Shown in pieces: positions 1-10,633 of a stretch of DNA of 64,000 nt (position 1 is the first letter of the stretch; each line of letters begins with the position of its first letter). The stretch covers positions 1-64,000 of the forward strand of contig CAVYYI010000004.1 of the NCBI GenBank assembly GCA_963772725.1. The letters are read 5' to 3'. This stretch comes from an uncultured Phycisphaerales bacterium (GTDB taxonomy: Bacteria > Planctomycetota > Phycisphaerae > Sedimentisphaerales > Anaerobacaceae). Both the position numbers and the translations under genes were made by a program. The notes beneath the pieces are model-generated. The model was not told the origin of the DNA and searched no databases. It saw nothing but the letters and a program-made list of their open reading frames with translations.

Positions 1-1540
1 GGCAACAAGTGTATCCACAGTCGCTGATTTAAGTTGGCAGGCAGGCTATTATGCCGCTTCGCATAATGTCTATCTTGGGACTGTTGAGGCCGATGTAACT
101 ACGGCAACCACCGCCTCATCGGTTTACAAAGGCAACCAAAGCGGCTCAACTTATGACCCTGGTACAATGGCTGGGAGGACTACTTACTACTGGCGAATTG
201 ACGAGGTCAATACCGGCGACAGCAACAGCCCGTGGCAGGGAAATGTCTGGAGCTTTACTACTGGTACACTTGCTCTGCCTGGTCAGGCATCCTCTCCAAG
301 CCCGTCTAACAGCGCTACCGATGTAAGTGTAACCGCTGATTTAAGCTGGACGGCAGGCTCAAGCGCCACATCGCACGATGTGTACTTTGGCACTGTTCAG
401 GCTGATGTCAATAGCGCTACCACAAGTTCCTCAGTGTTCAAAGGAAACCAAGAAAGTACATCTTATGACCCAGGCACTATGGCCAATAACGTTACCTATT
501 ACTGGCGAATTGATGAGAAGAACGCCGCCGGCACAACCAAAGGTACTATCTGGAGTTTTACTACTATTGTTGCAGCGCCCGGCCAGGCTTCAAGCCCAAG
601 TCCGTCTAATTCGGCTACCAGCGTAAGTGTAACCGCCGATTTAAGCTGGACGGCAGGCTCCGGCGCCACATCGCACGATGTGTACCTCGGAACTGTCGAA
701 GCTGACGTCAACAGTGCTACTACAAGTTCTTCAGTATTCAAAGGCAACCAGGCAGGCACTACTTATGACACAGGTACTATGACCGGCAACACGACTTACT
801 ATTGGCGTATTGATGAGAAGAACGCAGGCGGCACGACTAAAGGTACCGTCTGGAGCTTTACTACTGAGAAAGTAACGCCGTCGTATGTCGCGGCAGGAAG
901 CGTGGCAAACGGCACAGGTGGTATAACACCGGCGCTTCCTGGGAGTATCGCCACAAACGATATCCTGCTGCTGTTCCTCGAGACCGCCAATGAGGCCATC
1001 TCTATTTCCAACCAGAATGGCGGGACATGGACAGAGGTTACCAACTCTCCGCAGGGTACCGGAACAGCCGCAGGTTCTACTGCTACCAGGCTTACGGTAT
1101 TCTGGTCCCGGTATAACGGCACGCAGGGCACTCCTACCACATCTGATTCGGGCGACCATCAGCTTGGCAGGATTATAGCCATTCGCGGCGCTGTTACCTC
1201 CGGTGACCCGTGGAATGTTACAGCTGGCGGTACTGAGGCTACGATGGACACCAGCGGTTCAATTGCCGGAACGACAACAACGGTTGACAAGACCTTTGTT
1301 GTAACCGCCATTGCGACCAGTCATCCCGATTCGAGCGGCACGTCAAACTTCTCGAGCTGGACAAATGCCAATCTGTCAAGTCTTACCGAGCGCACCGATG
1401 ATACCACGAACAAGGGCAACGGCGGCGGCATCGGAATAGCTACAGGCGAGAAGGCGTCGTCAGGTGATTACGGCAGCACCTCTGTTACATGTGGTTCGAA
1501 TACGTATAAGGGTATGATGAGCATCGCGATTAAACCGTAA
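1..1540 (+). CDS. C-terminal part of a large secreted protein with tandem FN3-like 'ADLSW...YYWRIDE...VWSFTT' repeats and a terminal ~220 aa beta-rich domain (5' end outside window)
   Basis: Frame is open from base 2 (ATSVSTVADLSWQAGYYAASHNVYLG...). Three ~100 aa repeats. The ORF-track start at 167 is an internal Met. Confidence 0.85.
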   Translation, partial: ATSVSTVADLSWQAGYYAASHNVYLGTVEADVTTATTASSVYKGNQSGSTYDPGTMAGRTTYYWRIDEVNTGDSNSPWQGNVWSFTTGTLALPGQASSPSPSNSATDVSVTADLSWTAGSSATSHDVYFGTVQADVNSATTSSSVFKGNQESTSYDPGTMANNVTYYWRIDEKNAAGTTKGTIWSFTTIVAAPGQASSPSPSNSATSVSVTADLSWTAGSGATSHDVYLGTVEADVNSATTSSSVFKGNQAGTTYDTGTMTGNTTYYWRIDEKNAGGTTKGTVWSFTTEKVTPSYVAAGSVANGTGGITPALPGSIATNDILLLFLETANEAISISNQNGGTWTEVTNSPQGTGTAAGSTATRLTVFWSRYNGTQGTPTTSDSGDHQLGRIIAIRGAVTSGDPWNVTAGGTEATMDTSGSIAGTTTTVDKTFVVTAIATSHPDSSGTSNFSSWTNANLSSLTERTDDTTNKGNGGGIGIATGEKASSGDYGSTSVTCGSNTYKGMMSIAIKP

Positions 1541-1581
1541 GTTTGACGGTTTGATTGACGATGTCAGTCAGATGTTTTTAC

Positions 1582-1618
1582 AGCCCGGCGGCAAAAGTTA
1601 TGCCGCCGGGCTTTTTTT
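1582..1618 (+). terminator. Rho-independent terminator
   Basis: AGCCCGGCGGCA-loop-TGCCGCCGGGCT followed by a T run, about 40 bp after the stop codon. Confidence 0.9.
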
Positions 1619-2170
1619 GTAAGCGCACGACCAAGTACATATTGTAAATGCTGATGAGGTGGGGATAATCGTTTTTGGTTTTGAGGTTTATTTAAGGAAC
1701 GAAATCATGAGCGATAATGGTAAAGACACAAAAGCAGACCAGATTGAATTTTGGAAAATGGTTTTGCAAACAGGAAGGTAGTACCGAATGGGCATTTCAC
1801 TCCTGGCGTAGAAAGCTGGCGGGTCAGCAACCTCAAAAATCCGTTACTCCAAAAACCACACCAGATAATCCGGCATTTATCAAAGTTCCCGTCATGCACC
1901 CAAAAGAGCATCTTTCATATGCAGTCTGGTTGCGAGCTCCAAATTATGTGATATTGACCCGTTTGAGTATTTCAGGGATGTTCTTGAACGTGTCAGCACG
2001 CATCCGAATAGCCAGATTGCCGAACTAACACCTCTAAACTGAAAAAACTGCATTGCGAATTTGCCACAGCAGCAAACTAACCTTAAAGCCAATAAACCAC
2101 CGCACCATTCTTCGTAAAAATAAATTTCACTTGTGTACTATCCGCAACCTGTAGTTGGTCGGACGATTAC
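1619..2170 (+). mobile_element. Internally deleted IS66-family element (tnpA 5' part joined to tnpC 3' end)
   Basis: Terminal inverted repeats GTAAGCGCACGACCAAGTAC and (rc) GTAATCGTCCGACCAACTAC match at 16/20. Broken frames give TnpA-like FCKQEG...AFHSWRRKL and TnpC C-terminal-like IDPFEYFRDVLERVSTHPNSQIAELTP. Confidence 0.8.
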
Positions 2171-2230
2171 GAAAAATGAATTATCTCCGGCTGTAAAGTG
2201 CTCATAAGGAACCACTCCGGGTCTGACTCA

Positions 2231-3163
2231 TTAATCCTCTCTTAGCCTGTCAAGAAGTACTGCGCCAACAATAATAGCGCCCTTGACCACCAACTGATAA
2301 TATGAGGATATTCCAAGGAGATTCATTCCATTATTAATAGTGCCTATAATTAGTGCGCCAATTAGTGTACCCCAAACGCCGCCCCTTCCACCCATTAAAC
2401 TTGTACCTCCAATAACCACAGAGGCGATTACATCAAGCTCATATCCAGTTCCCGCGATTGATTCGCCTGCATTAAGTCTTGATGTAAGCACAATGGCGCT
2501 CAGCGCCGCTGTCATACCGCAAATAACATAGGCTGCTGCTTTATACCTGTCTACATTAATGCCGGAGAGTTTGACGGCTTCTTCATTACCCCCGATGGCA
2601 TAAGTATATCTTCCCAGCCTCGTATGTTTTAGTATGATGGCTGCGACTATCACTGTTATAAGAAAAATAATAATAGGTATAGGTATATCGAGGATGTTAC
2701 CTGCTCCAATGTATCGAAAACTTTCCCCAAAACTACTGATAGGCTGACCATTTGTATAAATATGAGCTAATCCTCGAGTAATGCTCATCATTCCGAGGGT
2801 TACCACAAACGGCGTTACCCTGCCTTTGGTTATAACCAGCCCATTAATAAGCCCTATTGCCGAGCCGATTAATAATGTAACAAGTATTATAAACAGTAAA
2901 GGCCAATTGTTGTGTTCAAAACTTGCGCACAAAACTCCCGTCAATGCTAAAACTGACCCAACTGAAAGGTCAATCCCTGCCGTTAATATAACAAAAGTCA
3001 TTCCAACTGCCATAATTCCATGAATGGAAGTCTGCCGAACCACGTTTAGCAGATTCAACGGCCTTAGAAACGCTGGAGAGATTATCGAAAGAATAATAAC
3101 TATTGCGACAAAGCCGATAAATATACCATGTTTTTTCAAAACAAGTTTTGGACTTACTTTCAT
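2231..3163 (-). CDS. Ribose/pentose-type sugar ABC transporter permease (RbsC family)
   Basis: GIDLSVGS, TPFVVTLG, GGNEEAVKLSGI and YELDVIASVVIGGTSL motifs. Confidence 0.93.
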   Translation of the reverse strand: MKVSPKLVLKKHGIFIGFVAIVIILSIISPAFLRPLNLLNVVRQTSIHGIMAVGMTFVILTAGIDLSVGSVLALTGVLCASFEHNNWPLLFIILVTLLIGSAIGLINGLVITKGRVTPFVVTLGMMSITRGLAHIYTNGQPISSFGESFRYIGAGNILDIPIPIIIFLITVIVAAIILKHTRLGRYTYAIGGNEEAVKLSGINVDRYKAAAYVICGMTAALSAIVLTSRLNAGESIAGTGYELDVIASVVIGGTSLMGGRGGVWGTLIGALIIGTINNGMNLLGISSYYQLVVKGAIIVGAVLLDRLRED

Positions 3164-4704
3164 ATATCTTCTCCTAACATTTCCCGGGCATATCTGACAG
3201 ATCCTTCTCCTCCGCCGATTGCATAACTGAGAATACTTTCCTGGCTCGCCTGTTCTTTTTTAAGTTCTTTCACAATTCTTCCGTCGCACATAACCAGAAT
3301 CCTGTCGCTCATATTAAGCAGTTCCGGCAACTCCGAAGAAATCATTATTATCCCGGTCCCTTTATTAGCGAGACTTTCCATCAATCTGTATATTTCGAGT
3401 TTTGCTCCAACATCAATACCTCTGGTAGGCTCATCAAAAATGTAAATTTGACAGTTTCGCAGGAACCATTTTGCAAGAACAACTTTCTGCTGATTTCCCC
3501 CGCTGAGATTGTTTACCGGTTGTTTAATGGAGAAGGTTTTTATATTTATGTCCCTAACAGCAGAATTTACTAATCTCCTTAATTGTATTCTCTTCAAAAA
3601 TCCCCAGGAAGAAAACCTGTCTAAAACCGATAATGTCATATTATCATACAGTGAAAGCGCAAGTACTAATCCATGTTTTTTTCTTTCCTCCGGGATAAGC
3701 CCAATCCCTTGTCTTACAGCATCCTGGGGACTTTTAATTTTTATCTCTGTACCCCTTATGCTGATTTTACCCGAATCTTTTCTCCGATAACCAAAAAGCA
3801 GTTCCACCATTTCTGTTCTCCCTGCTCCCACCAGGCCAGCAATCCCGAGTATTTCTCCTCTTTTCAAATTAAAACTGACATTCTCGCAGACATTTTTCCG
3901 AGATAACTGTTCCACCTTGAGTAATTCCTCGCCAGGCGGAATATTCACTTTAGGATATTGCTCATTGATATTGCGCCCCACCATTAGTTTTATAATTGTT
4001 TTGATTTCCAGGTTTTTTAAATCATCTGTTAAGATTTTTTGACCATCTCTCAATACTGTAACTCTATCAGCGATTTTTTTGATTTCTTCAAGCCGGTGTG
4101 AAATATAGATGATAGACACTTTTTTCCGTCTAAGGGTATCAATAATCTCAAATAATTTATCTACCTCGTGTCCAGTTAAGGTGGCTGTTGGTTCATCCAT
4201 TACGATAATGTCAGATTCAATAGAAATTGCTTTCACAATTTCCACAACCTGTTGGTAGGCAATACCCAGAGTATTAACTTTAGCAGTTGGGGTTATATTC
4301 AAATTGAACAGCTTCATTAACTCGTTTACTTTTTTATACATCTCTCGCCAGTCGATTAACCCCGGAAATTTTTTCCAGACAGGTTCCCTGCCCAAAAAAA
4401 CATTTTCAGCAACAGACAGATAAGGGATAAGGTTTAGTTCCTGATAAATTACACTGATTCCGGCATTTAGCATTTTTCTGGTGCTTTGAGCGTCTATTTT
4501 GTTACCGTTCAACCATATCTGTCCTTCATCAGGTCTATGGACACCGGCAAGAATTTTTATCAGGGTCGATTTCCCGGCGCCATTTTCTCCCACAAGAGCA
4601 TGTACTTCCCCCTTTTTCAGGTCGAAATCTACTTTATTTAAGGCTTTGACGCCTGGGAATACCTTACTAATCCCAACCATTCTGAGAATAAATTCGTTGT
4701 CCAT
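3160..4704 (-). CDS. Sugar ABC transporter ATP-binding protein (RbsA family)
   Basis: GENGAGKSTL, MDEPTATL, LSGGNQQKV and FDEPTRGIDVGAK motifs; two NBDs. Confidence 0.95.
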   Translation of the reverse strand: MDNEFILRMVGISKVFPGVKALNKVDFDLKKGEVHALVGENGAGKSTLIKILAGVHRPDEGQIWLNGNKIDAQSTRKMLNAGISVIYQELNLIPYLSVAENVFLGREPVWKKFPGLIDWREMYKKVNELMKLFNLNITPTAKVNTLGIAYQQVVEIVKAISIESDIIVMDEPTATLTGHEVDKLFEIIDTLRRKKVSIIYISHRLEEIKKIADRVTVLRDGQKILTDDLKNLEIKTIIKLMVGRNINEQYPKVNIPPGEELLKVEQLSRKNVCENVSFNLKRGEILGIAGLVGAGRTEMVELLFGYRRKDSGKISIRGTEIKIKSPQDAVRQGIGLIPEERKKHGLVLALSLYDNMTLSVLDRFSSWGFLKRIQLRRLVNSAVRDINIKTFSIKQPVNNLSGGNQQKVVLAKWFLRNCQIYIFDEPTRGIDVGAKLEIYRLMESLANKGTGIIMISSELPELLNMSDRILVMCDGRIVKELKKEQASQESILSYAIGGGEGSVRYAREMLGEDI

Positions 4705-4775
4705 AAGTTTTATTGGAGAATCCGTCGCTACTTTGTACCTCTTACCTTTTACTTAATTTATGACAAGAGGATTGT

Positions 4776-5727
4776 TTAGTTTTTGCGTTCTGCCTTATCC
4801 AAATTGCTCTTATCAATCGCAACCGGTTTTATGTAAATTTCTTTGGATTGCGGTATTCTGCCGTTTCTTATAAAGTCTACCAGCATTCTCAACGCTTTTC
4901 GTGACTGTTCTCCCGGAAACTGCTCGAACAGATGCGGTAAGCCTGCCTTGCTTAATGCAATCAAGGGCATCTGGTATGGCATCATAACCAATTGTTACAA
5001 CATTTGAGGTATTGATACCTTGTGCTTCCATTGTCTCCAGAGCGCCAAGCATCATCTCGTCATTAGCAGCATAAACCGCCTGAAAATTCTTTTGCACCTG
5101 AAGAAGATTTTCCATTACGATTTGTCCTTTTGCTCTATAAAATTCGCCAGTCTGGCTCGCAGCAATTTTCATTTCGGATTTCGCGATAACTTCTTCAAAC
5201 CCTTTTTTTCTGTCAATAGCAGGGGAAGTTCCCGGTGTGCCTTCCAACTCTATAATATTGCCTTTTCCATTAAGTTTTTCAATGATGTATCTTGCTGCCA
5301 CTCTTCCTCCTTCGACATTATCCGCACCTACGTGAACGAGAACGTTTCCTCCGCTTACTTTCCTGTCTACGGTCGCAACCGGTATTTTCGCCCGGTTAAG
5401 CGATTCTACCGCCGGCGCTAAAGCATCCGTTCCTATCGGCGACATGAGCACACCGTCAACACCCCTTGCGATAAAGTCTTCAACAATGGACATCTGTTTT
5501 GCCGCAGCGTCTTCGGCATCAGCGGCAATAATCTTAACCCCGAGTTTCTCAGACTCATCTAAAACATTTGCTTTTAAATGAACGAAAAAAGGGTGCGATA
5601 AAGACGGAACAACTAAGCCTATTGTAATATAGTCCTTCCCTTTTGTTTTTTTCTCACAGCTGGCAAAAAACATAACGGGGACAATAAGTAAAACACAAAC
5701 CAAACTTAAGAATTTAATTGGTTTCAT
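4776..5727 (-). CDS. Sugar ABC substrate-binding lipoprotein (RbsB family), frameshift near 4925
   Basis: MKPIKF... signal peptide with FASC lipobox; VGADNVEGG and AANDEMMLGA motifs. The C-terminus EQFPGEQ...DKAERKN is in another frame. Confidence 0.88.
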
Positions 5728-5868
5728 TTTTTTACTCACATAAGTTCTCGCTGCCTGATTCCGCATTAAAGGCAAGCATTTTCTTTTAATAACGTCATAT
5801 TGATTATAGTCATTTCCTGAACAATCACAAAAAGGGGTTTTTAGTTTATCAGCCACCTAAAAAGAAAG

Positions 5869-7104
5869 TTAACACACTCCTTCAGAAGTTTCCGGCAATA
5901 CGCCCGGACCAAAATGTTTTAACATAACAATAGGGTCGGTCGCAGACGGATTGGTGATTTCCACGCCGGTTTTAGCCGCCTGTTCGCTGACAAAATACTC
6001 ATCCTGTGTAAATTGGCCATACCTGATAACAGTCGGTGTTTCGATGTCCCATACGCCCATTTTGCCATGGCCCTGCATCATAATCATTCCATAAGCAGCA
6101 TCATCTTCAATCATGACCGTCCGACCAGGCAAAACGGTCAACTCCTTGGCGCTGAAGTATTTCGATTTGTAGACAATCCAATTTTCAATGTAACCCGCTT
6201 TCTCCATTTTCTTCAATGGACGTACGGGCACAGGACGCAAGAAGTGATTGACTGCAAAGTCCGGATCTGTGTTCAATTTCCAATCAATAACATCAAGCAA
6301 ATATTCAAAATCGTTAATCTTTTCTTTAGGAGTATCTTTCCAGAGAAATTCCTTGGACGTAGGGCGGCCTGCCACTATTGACTCATAGTTAGCAAAGACA
6401 TCTGATGCTCTTTGCGGTTCGTATGTACACAGACTCCCAGGTGCGTGAAGTATCCCAGGGGGCACATCCCAACCTGTACCAACTTCTAAACGGTATGCTC
6501 GCGACAGGTTCCTAATTTTGTTGTCGCCTTTTTCAAAGTTAAGTAGGCATTGGCGGACCTGTTCTCTATTTGTTCCGGGATTCAGACCAAAAAAAGTATA
6601 GGGAAAATCACCCTCATAGTTGTTAACCTGAGGTGGGAAATAGTAGGCCTCAGGTTTACCCAACTGTTTAGTCAGGGCCGCATGTTCGTCTCGCTGGTGA
6701 ATGTGATGAGGTAAAGCATGCCGATTATCGAAGAATTTTGAATACATAGGCCAGCACCCGAATTTCTTCCAAAGACATTCTCCGATTAACGCTCCTTTTA
6801 ATTCCTCAACAGCATCTCGAAGAAGAATTCGGCTGATTTGGCCTGCATCCTCAAACACGATAAAACTGAGTCCTTCATTCGTTGCAGTTAGCGGTCCGTT
6901 ATCAGCCGGTGTAGTGGACGCAAACCATCGTTCGTTGATCCCGCCTCTCTCACCACCCAATACATAATAGTCATCGGGATGGAGCTTAATCCTTCGGCCA
7001 GGGATACAAAATGACCGTGGCACCCAGGTAGGAGCCAATCGAAGGATCCCATTGCCATTTTCGAACGCATCAAAAATACTCTGTCTGTTATCCTTATGCT
7101 TCAT
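5869..7104 (-). CDS. Uncharacterised cupin / type I phosphomannose-isomerase-like sugar(-phosphate) isomerase
   Basis: His/Glu metal motifs LPHHIHQ, KPEAYYF and PGILHAPG...YEPQRASD resemble the PMI type I layout. Confidence 0.6.
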   Translation of the reverse strand: MKHKDNRQSIFDAFENGNGILRLAPTWVPRSFCIPGRRIKLHPDDYYVLGGERGGINERWFASTTPADNGPLTATNEGLSFIVFEDAGQISRILLRDAVEELKGALIGECLWKKFGCWPMYSKFFDNRHALPHHIHQRDEHAALTKQLGKPEAYYFPPQVNNYEGDFPYTFFGLNPGTNREQVRQCLLNFEKGDNKIRNLSRAYRLEVGTGWDVPPGILHAPGSLCTYEPQRASDVFANYESIVAGRPTSKEFLWKDTPKEKINDFEYLLDVIDWKLNTDPDFAVNHFLRPVPVRPLKKMEKAGYIENWIVYKSKYFSAKELTVLPGRTVMIEDDAAYGMIMMQGHGKMGVWDIETPTVIRYGQFTQDEYFVSEQAAKTGVEITNPSATDPIVMLKHFGPGVLPETSEGVC

Positions 7105-7240
7105 ATATCTGCGACCTCCTTAAAACTAAAGTCATTAAACAAATTAGCTTCTTACACACGATACATCTACTTTAATAAATATTTGGTAAATATCAACAAA
7201 CTATAAAGGCTTCTCTTGATTTTTGCCATCCATATTTTTT

Positions 7241-8746
7241 TTACCTCCTTTCCGGTGCGTGGCTTAAACAGCCAAGCTTTTTACCTTGCTGAAAATACTG
7301 CTGCCATTGCTGCTGGTTTTGCGGCTGATACTCGGTTATCTTAAAAGAATTCGCGACGATCTGGCGTGCTTGTCCAAGAGAACTTACCTGCCCCGAAGCC
7401 ATACTTTGAATCATAATATTACCGGTTGCTGTCGCCTCAACAGGACCAGCAGTTACCTGCTTACCTGTTGCATCTGCAGCAAACTGATTTAGAAGCGAAT
7501 TTTTGGTTCCGCCGCCGACAATGTGCAGCACTTCGATATCATCACCTGATAATTCTTCCAATATGCCGATGACTTCGGCATACTTAGCAGCCAAGCTCTC
7601 CATGATGACCCTGGCCATTTGACCCTTATCCTGGATTTTATTTTGTCCGGTCGATTCAAGATACTCATTGATCTTATCCGGCATTTCACCAACCGATAAA
7701 AACGGCTTGTAGTTGGTGTCCAGCATCACTCTGAATGGTTCCGCATCAGATGCCATCCGCGTCAGTTCAGAATAACTCAGCTCCGTACCATGCTCAGCCC
7801 AGTAGCTTCTGCACTGCTGAACCAGCCACAACCCCGAGACATTCTTCAACAGCCGGATAGTGCCTGCAACGCCTCCTTCATTGGTAAACTGATACTTGAA
7901 GCTTTTTCCATTTATGATCACTTGCTTTGTTTCGATCCCTATCAGACTCCATGTGCCACTGGACAGGTATGCCCAGTTTTTGTCTTGCCTTGCTGGTACT
8001 CCTGCAACGGCTGATGCTGTGTCATGACTGCCAACTGCCACCACCGGTATCGTGTCGCATCCTGCTTCTGTTGCGATTTCCTTCTTCAAATTACCTGCGA
8101 CGGTGCCCGGCTGAATAATGTACGATAAGAGATTCGCAGGAAGACCAAACGCATCTAACACTTCTTGTGACCATTGTCTGGTTCTCATATCCATAAGCTG
8201 CGAAGTGCTGGCTATGGTATATTCATTGGCAATCTCGCCTGTCAGATAGTAAACAATCAAGTCCGACATAAACAGCAGTTTCGAAGACTTTTTGAACATC
8301 TCTGAGTTGTGCTTGCGATAGCTAAGCAACTGATATAGTGAGTTGATCTGCATAAACTGGATACCCGTATTTGCGTAGATCTTTTTACTTGGCAAAACAT
8401 GGAAAGCTTCCTCAAGCATGCCGTCGGTTCGGCAATCACGATAATGATACGGATTCTCCAGCAACTTGCCATGTTTGTCCAATAATCCAAAATCCACCCC
8501 CCAGGTGTCCACACCGATACTGGCGATTTGTTTTTCGCGATTAATGGCTTTGGTAATTCCCTTTTTGATTTCTACCATCAACCGCTCAAAGTCCCATCTT
8601 AGTGAACCATTTTGCTCAATCGAGCCATTGCTGAACCTGTGAATCTCTTCAAGTGAGATCGTGTCCTTTGTCACCCGCCCCAGTATGACTCGCCCGCTTT
8701 CGGCACCCAGATCCACAGCTATGTAATTCTTCTCAGCCATAATCAA
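7241..8746 (-). CDS. rhaB: Rhamnulokinase-family (FGGY) sugar kinase
   Basis: AVDLGAESGR, GVDTWGVDFGLLD, HDTASAV, FTNEGG and GPVEATATGN motifs. Confidence 0.88.
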   Translation of the reverse strand: MIMAEKNYIAVDLGAESGRVILGRVTKDTISLEEIHRFSNGSIEQNGSLRWDFERLMVEIKKGITKAINREKQIASIGVDTWGVDFGLLDKHGKLLENPYHYRDCRTDGMLEEAFHVLPSKKIYANTGIQFMQINSLYQLLSYRKHNSEMFKKSSKLLFMSDLIVYYLTGEIANEYTIASTSQLMDMRTRQWSQEVLDAFGLPANLLSYIIQPGTVAGNLKKEIATEAGCDTIPVVAVGSHDTASAVAGVPARQDKNWAYLSSGTWSLIGIETKQVIINGKSFKYQFTNEGGVAGTIRLLKNVSGLWLVQQCRSYWAEHGTELSYSELTRMASDAEPFRVMLDTNYKPFLSVGEMPDKINEYLESTGQNKIQDKGQMARVIMESLAAKYAEVIGILEELSGDDIEVLHIVGGGTKNSLLNQFAADATGKQVTAGPVEATATGNIMIQSMASGQVSSLGQARQIVANSFKITEYQPQNQQQWQQYFQQGKKLGCLSHAPERR

Positions 8747-8882
8747 ATTTTTGTAACTATTTTGCCACTTTTAACGGCTCTTTTTATTTCGCCTTGATAT
8801 AGATACATTTTTCCATTTCTCATAACACTTTCTCTTTAAGCGATAAACGTGCGAACAAACCCAACTAATGGCTATAGCATAG

Positions 8883-9584
8883 TTATGAAGCAAAATCAGT
8901 GGATGCGGTGATAATAATGTTCTTCATATCCTGAAACGAACTCTCCAGACTTATACCGGGCAAAAAAAGGCTTGATGTCCCTGCCACAAGAATGTTGGCA
9001 CCTGCATCAATCATTGCCGGTATATTCTCCAGGCTGACGTTACCGTCTACCTCTATATCCGTATCCGCGTCAAGTCCGCGAGCCTCTAACAGTTTCCTTA
9101 CCTGCGAAATCTTCTTCAATGTGTACGGAATTAGCTTCTGACCGGCAAAACCGGGATTAACTGTCATTACCAGAACCATATCTATAAGTTCGAGCACGTA
9201 CTCGATTTTTGCCAGTGGCGTAGCAGGATTGATTGCTACGCCAGCTTTGACGCCGAAGGATGTTATCAAGTTCAAAGTTCTGTCCAAATGAACCGAAGTT
9301 TCAGCATGAACGGAAATCATTGTACTGCCGGCCTCGACAAAACTCTCGATGTATCTGTCCGGCTCGGAAATCATCAGGTGCGTATCAATAGGAATGCTAG
9401 TCATACGATGCACTTTGCTCTGTATTTCAGGACCGAAAGTAATGTTTGGCACGAAATGTCCATCCATAACATCAAAGTGAATCCAATCAATTTTAAACTT
9501 TTCAAAAAGCTGCATGTGGTTTTTCAGCTCAGAAAAATCATCGCAAACAAGACTCGGCGCTATTTGTATTCTTCTTGTTTTCAT
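8883..9584 (-). CDS. Ribulose-phosphate 3-epimerase family protein (AlsE-like features)
   Basis: HFDVMDGHFVPN, MTVNPGFAGQ, IEVDG and GTSSLF motifs. Confidence 0.9.
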   Translation of the reverse strand: MKTRRIQIAPSLVCDDFSELKNHMQLFEKFKIDWIHFDVMDGHFVPNITFGPEIQSKVHRMTSIPIDTHLMISEPDRYIESFVEAGSTMISVHAETSVHLDRTLNLITSFGVKAGVAINPATPLAKIEYVLELIDMVLVMTVNPGFAGQKLIPYTLKKISQVRKLLEARGLDADTDIEVDGNVSLENIPAMIDAGANILVAGTSSLFLPGISLESSFQDMKNIIITASTDFAS

Positions 9585-10633
9585 GGCGTCACCACAACTT
9601 TCATTCCTTGTCTTTTTTCAGCTGTCACAAAAGCCTCAGCTATATCATTAAGACCAAACCGGTGAGTTATCGCCTTCTGAACGGGCACAAACCCAGCAAC
9701 TATTAAATCCAGTGCTATACGGTGCTGCCTTGGTACGGAACCGTGTGACCCTGTAATAAACGCTTCTTTGTAATGGATAAGGTTACTGGGCACACTCAGA
9801 TTCCGCGCCCCTTTGCCAAGCCCTCCAAAGAAATTAACCCATCCTCGGTGCGCCACCATCTCGATTGACTGCTCATGGGCTTCAACTGATCCACAGGTTG
9901 TTATTACCACGTCGGGTCCTTTGCCTGCTGTCTCTTCTTTGCAGCGTTCAACCGGATCCTCTTCTTGCGAAGCAATGTAGACATCAGCCCCCCATCGCTT
10001 TGCCAACTCCAGGCGTTCTTTACTTTTTTGAATGCCGATTACTTTAGAAGCTCCCATATGCTTTGCTAGAGGAATCATCATACAGCCGATAGGCCCCAGC
10101 CCAAACAGAACCACCGTTTTGCCGATAGACATATTGACTATCTCAAAACCGTTGATCGCACAGGCAAGCGGCTCAGCCAAAGCTGCTTCTTCGAATTCGA
10201 TACTGTCCGGTATTTTTGCGACCGGCCCAAAATCCACTGTCATCTGGTTAACCAGCATATATTCTGCAAACCCACCCTGAAATTGATAGCCTATTGCATA
10301 GTTATGTGTGCAGTTGTTACCTAACCCATTGGTGCACCAGTGACATTTGCCGCACGGCACGTCCGCGGCTAGGCAGATTCTATCACCTTTTTTAAATTTG
10401 GTAACTCCCAGGCCTATTTCTTCAACAATACCACTGACCTCGTGACCGATGATCTGGGGATACTTTACCCTGTCATTACCATGCCGATAAATTCGCACAT
10501 CGGACCCGCAAATCGCACAGGCTTTAACCTTCAGCAGAACCTCACCTGGGCCGGGATTAGGGGTTGGAACATGTTTCACAGTAATCCTGTTGAGATTTTC
10601 CAGTACGGCAGCTTTCATCATCTTCCCTATCAT
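9581..10633 (-). CDS. Zn-dependent polyol dehydrogenase (L-iditol 2-dehydrogenase-like)
   Basis: CGSD, GHE, CGKCHWC..C and GLGPIG motifs. Confidence 0.9.
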   Translation of the reverse strand: MIGKMMKAAVLENLNRITVKHVPTPNPGPGEVLLKVKACAICGSDVRIYRHGNDRVKYPQIIGHEVSGIVEEIGLGVTKFKKGDRICLAADVPCGKCHWCTNGLGNNCTHNYAIGYQFQGGFAEYMLVNQMTVDFGPVAKIPDSIEFEEAALAEPLACAINGFEIVNMSIGKTVVLFGLGPIGCMMIPLAKHMGASKVIGIQKSKERLELAKRWGADVYIASQEEDPVERCKEETAGKGPDVVITTCGSVEAHEQSIEMVAHRGWVNFFGGLGKGARNLSVPSNLIHYKEAFITGSHGSVPRQHRIALDLIVAGFVPVQKAITHRFGLNDIAEAFVTAEKRQGMKVVVTP

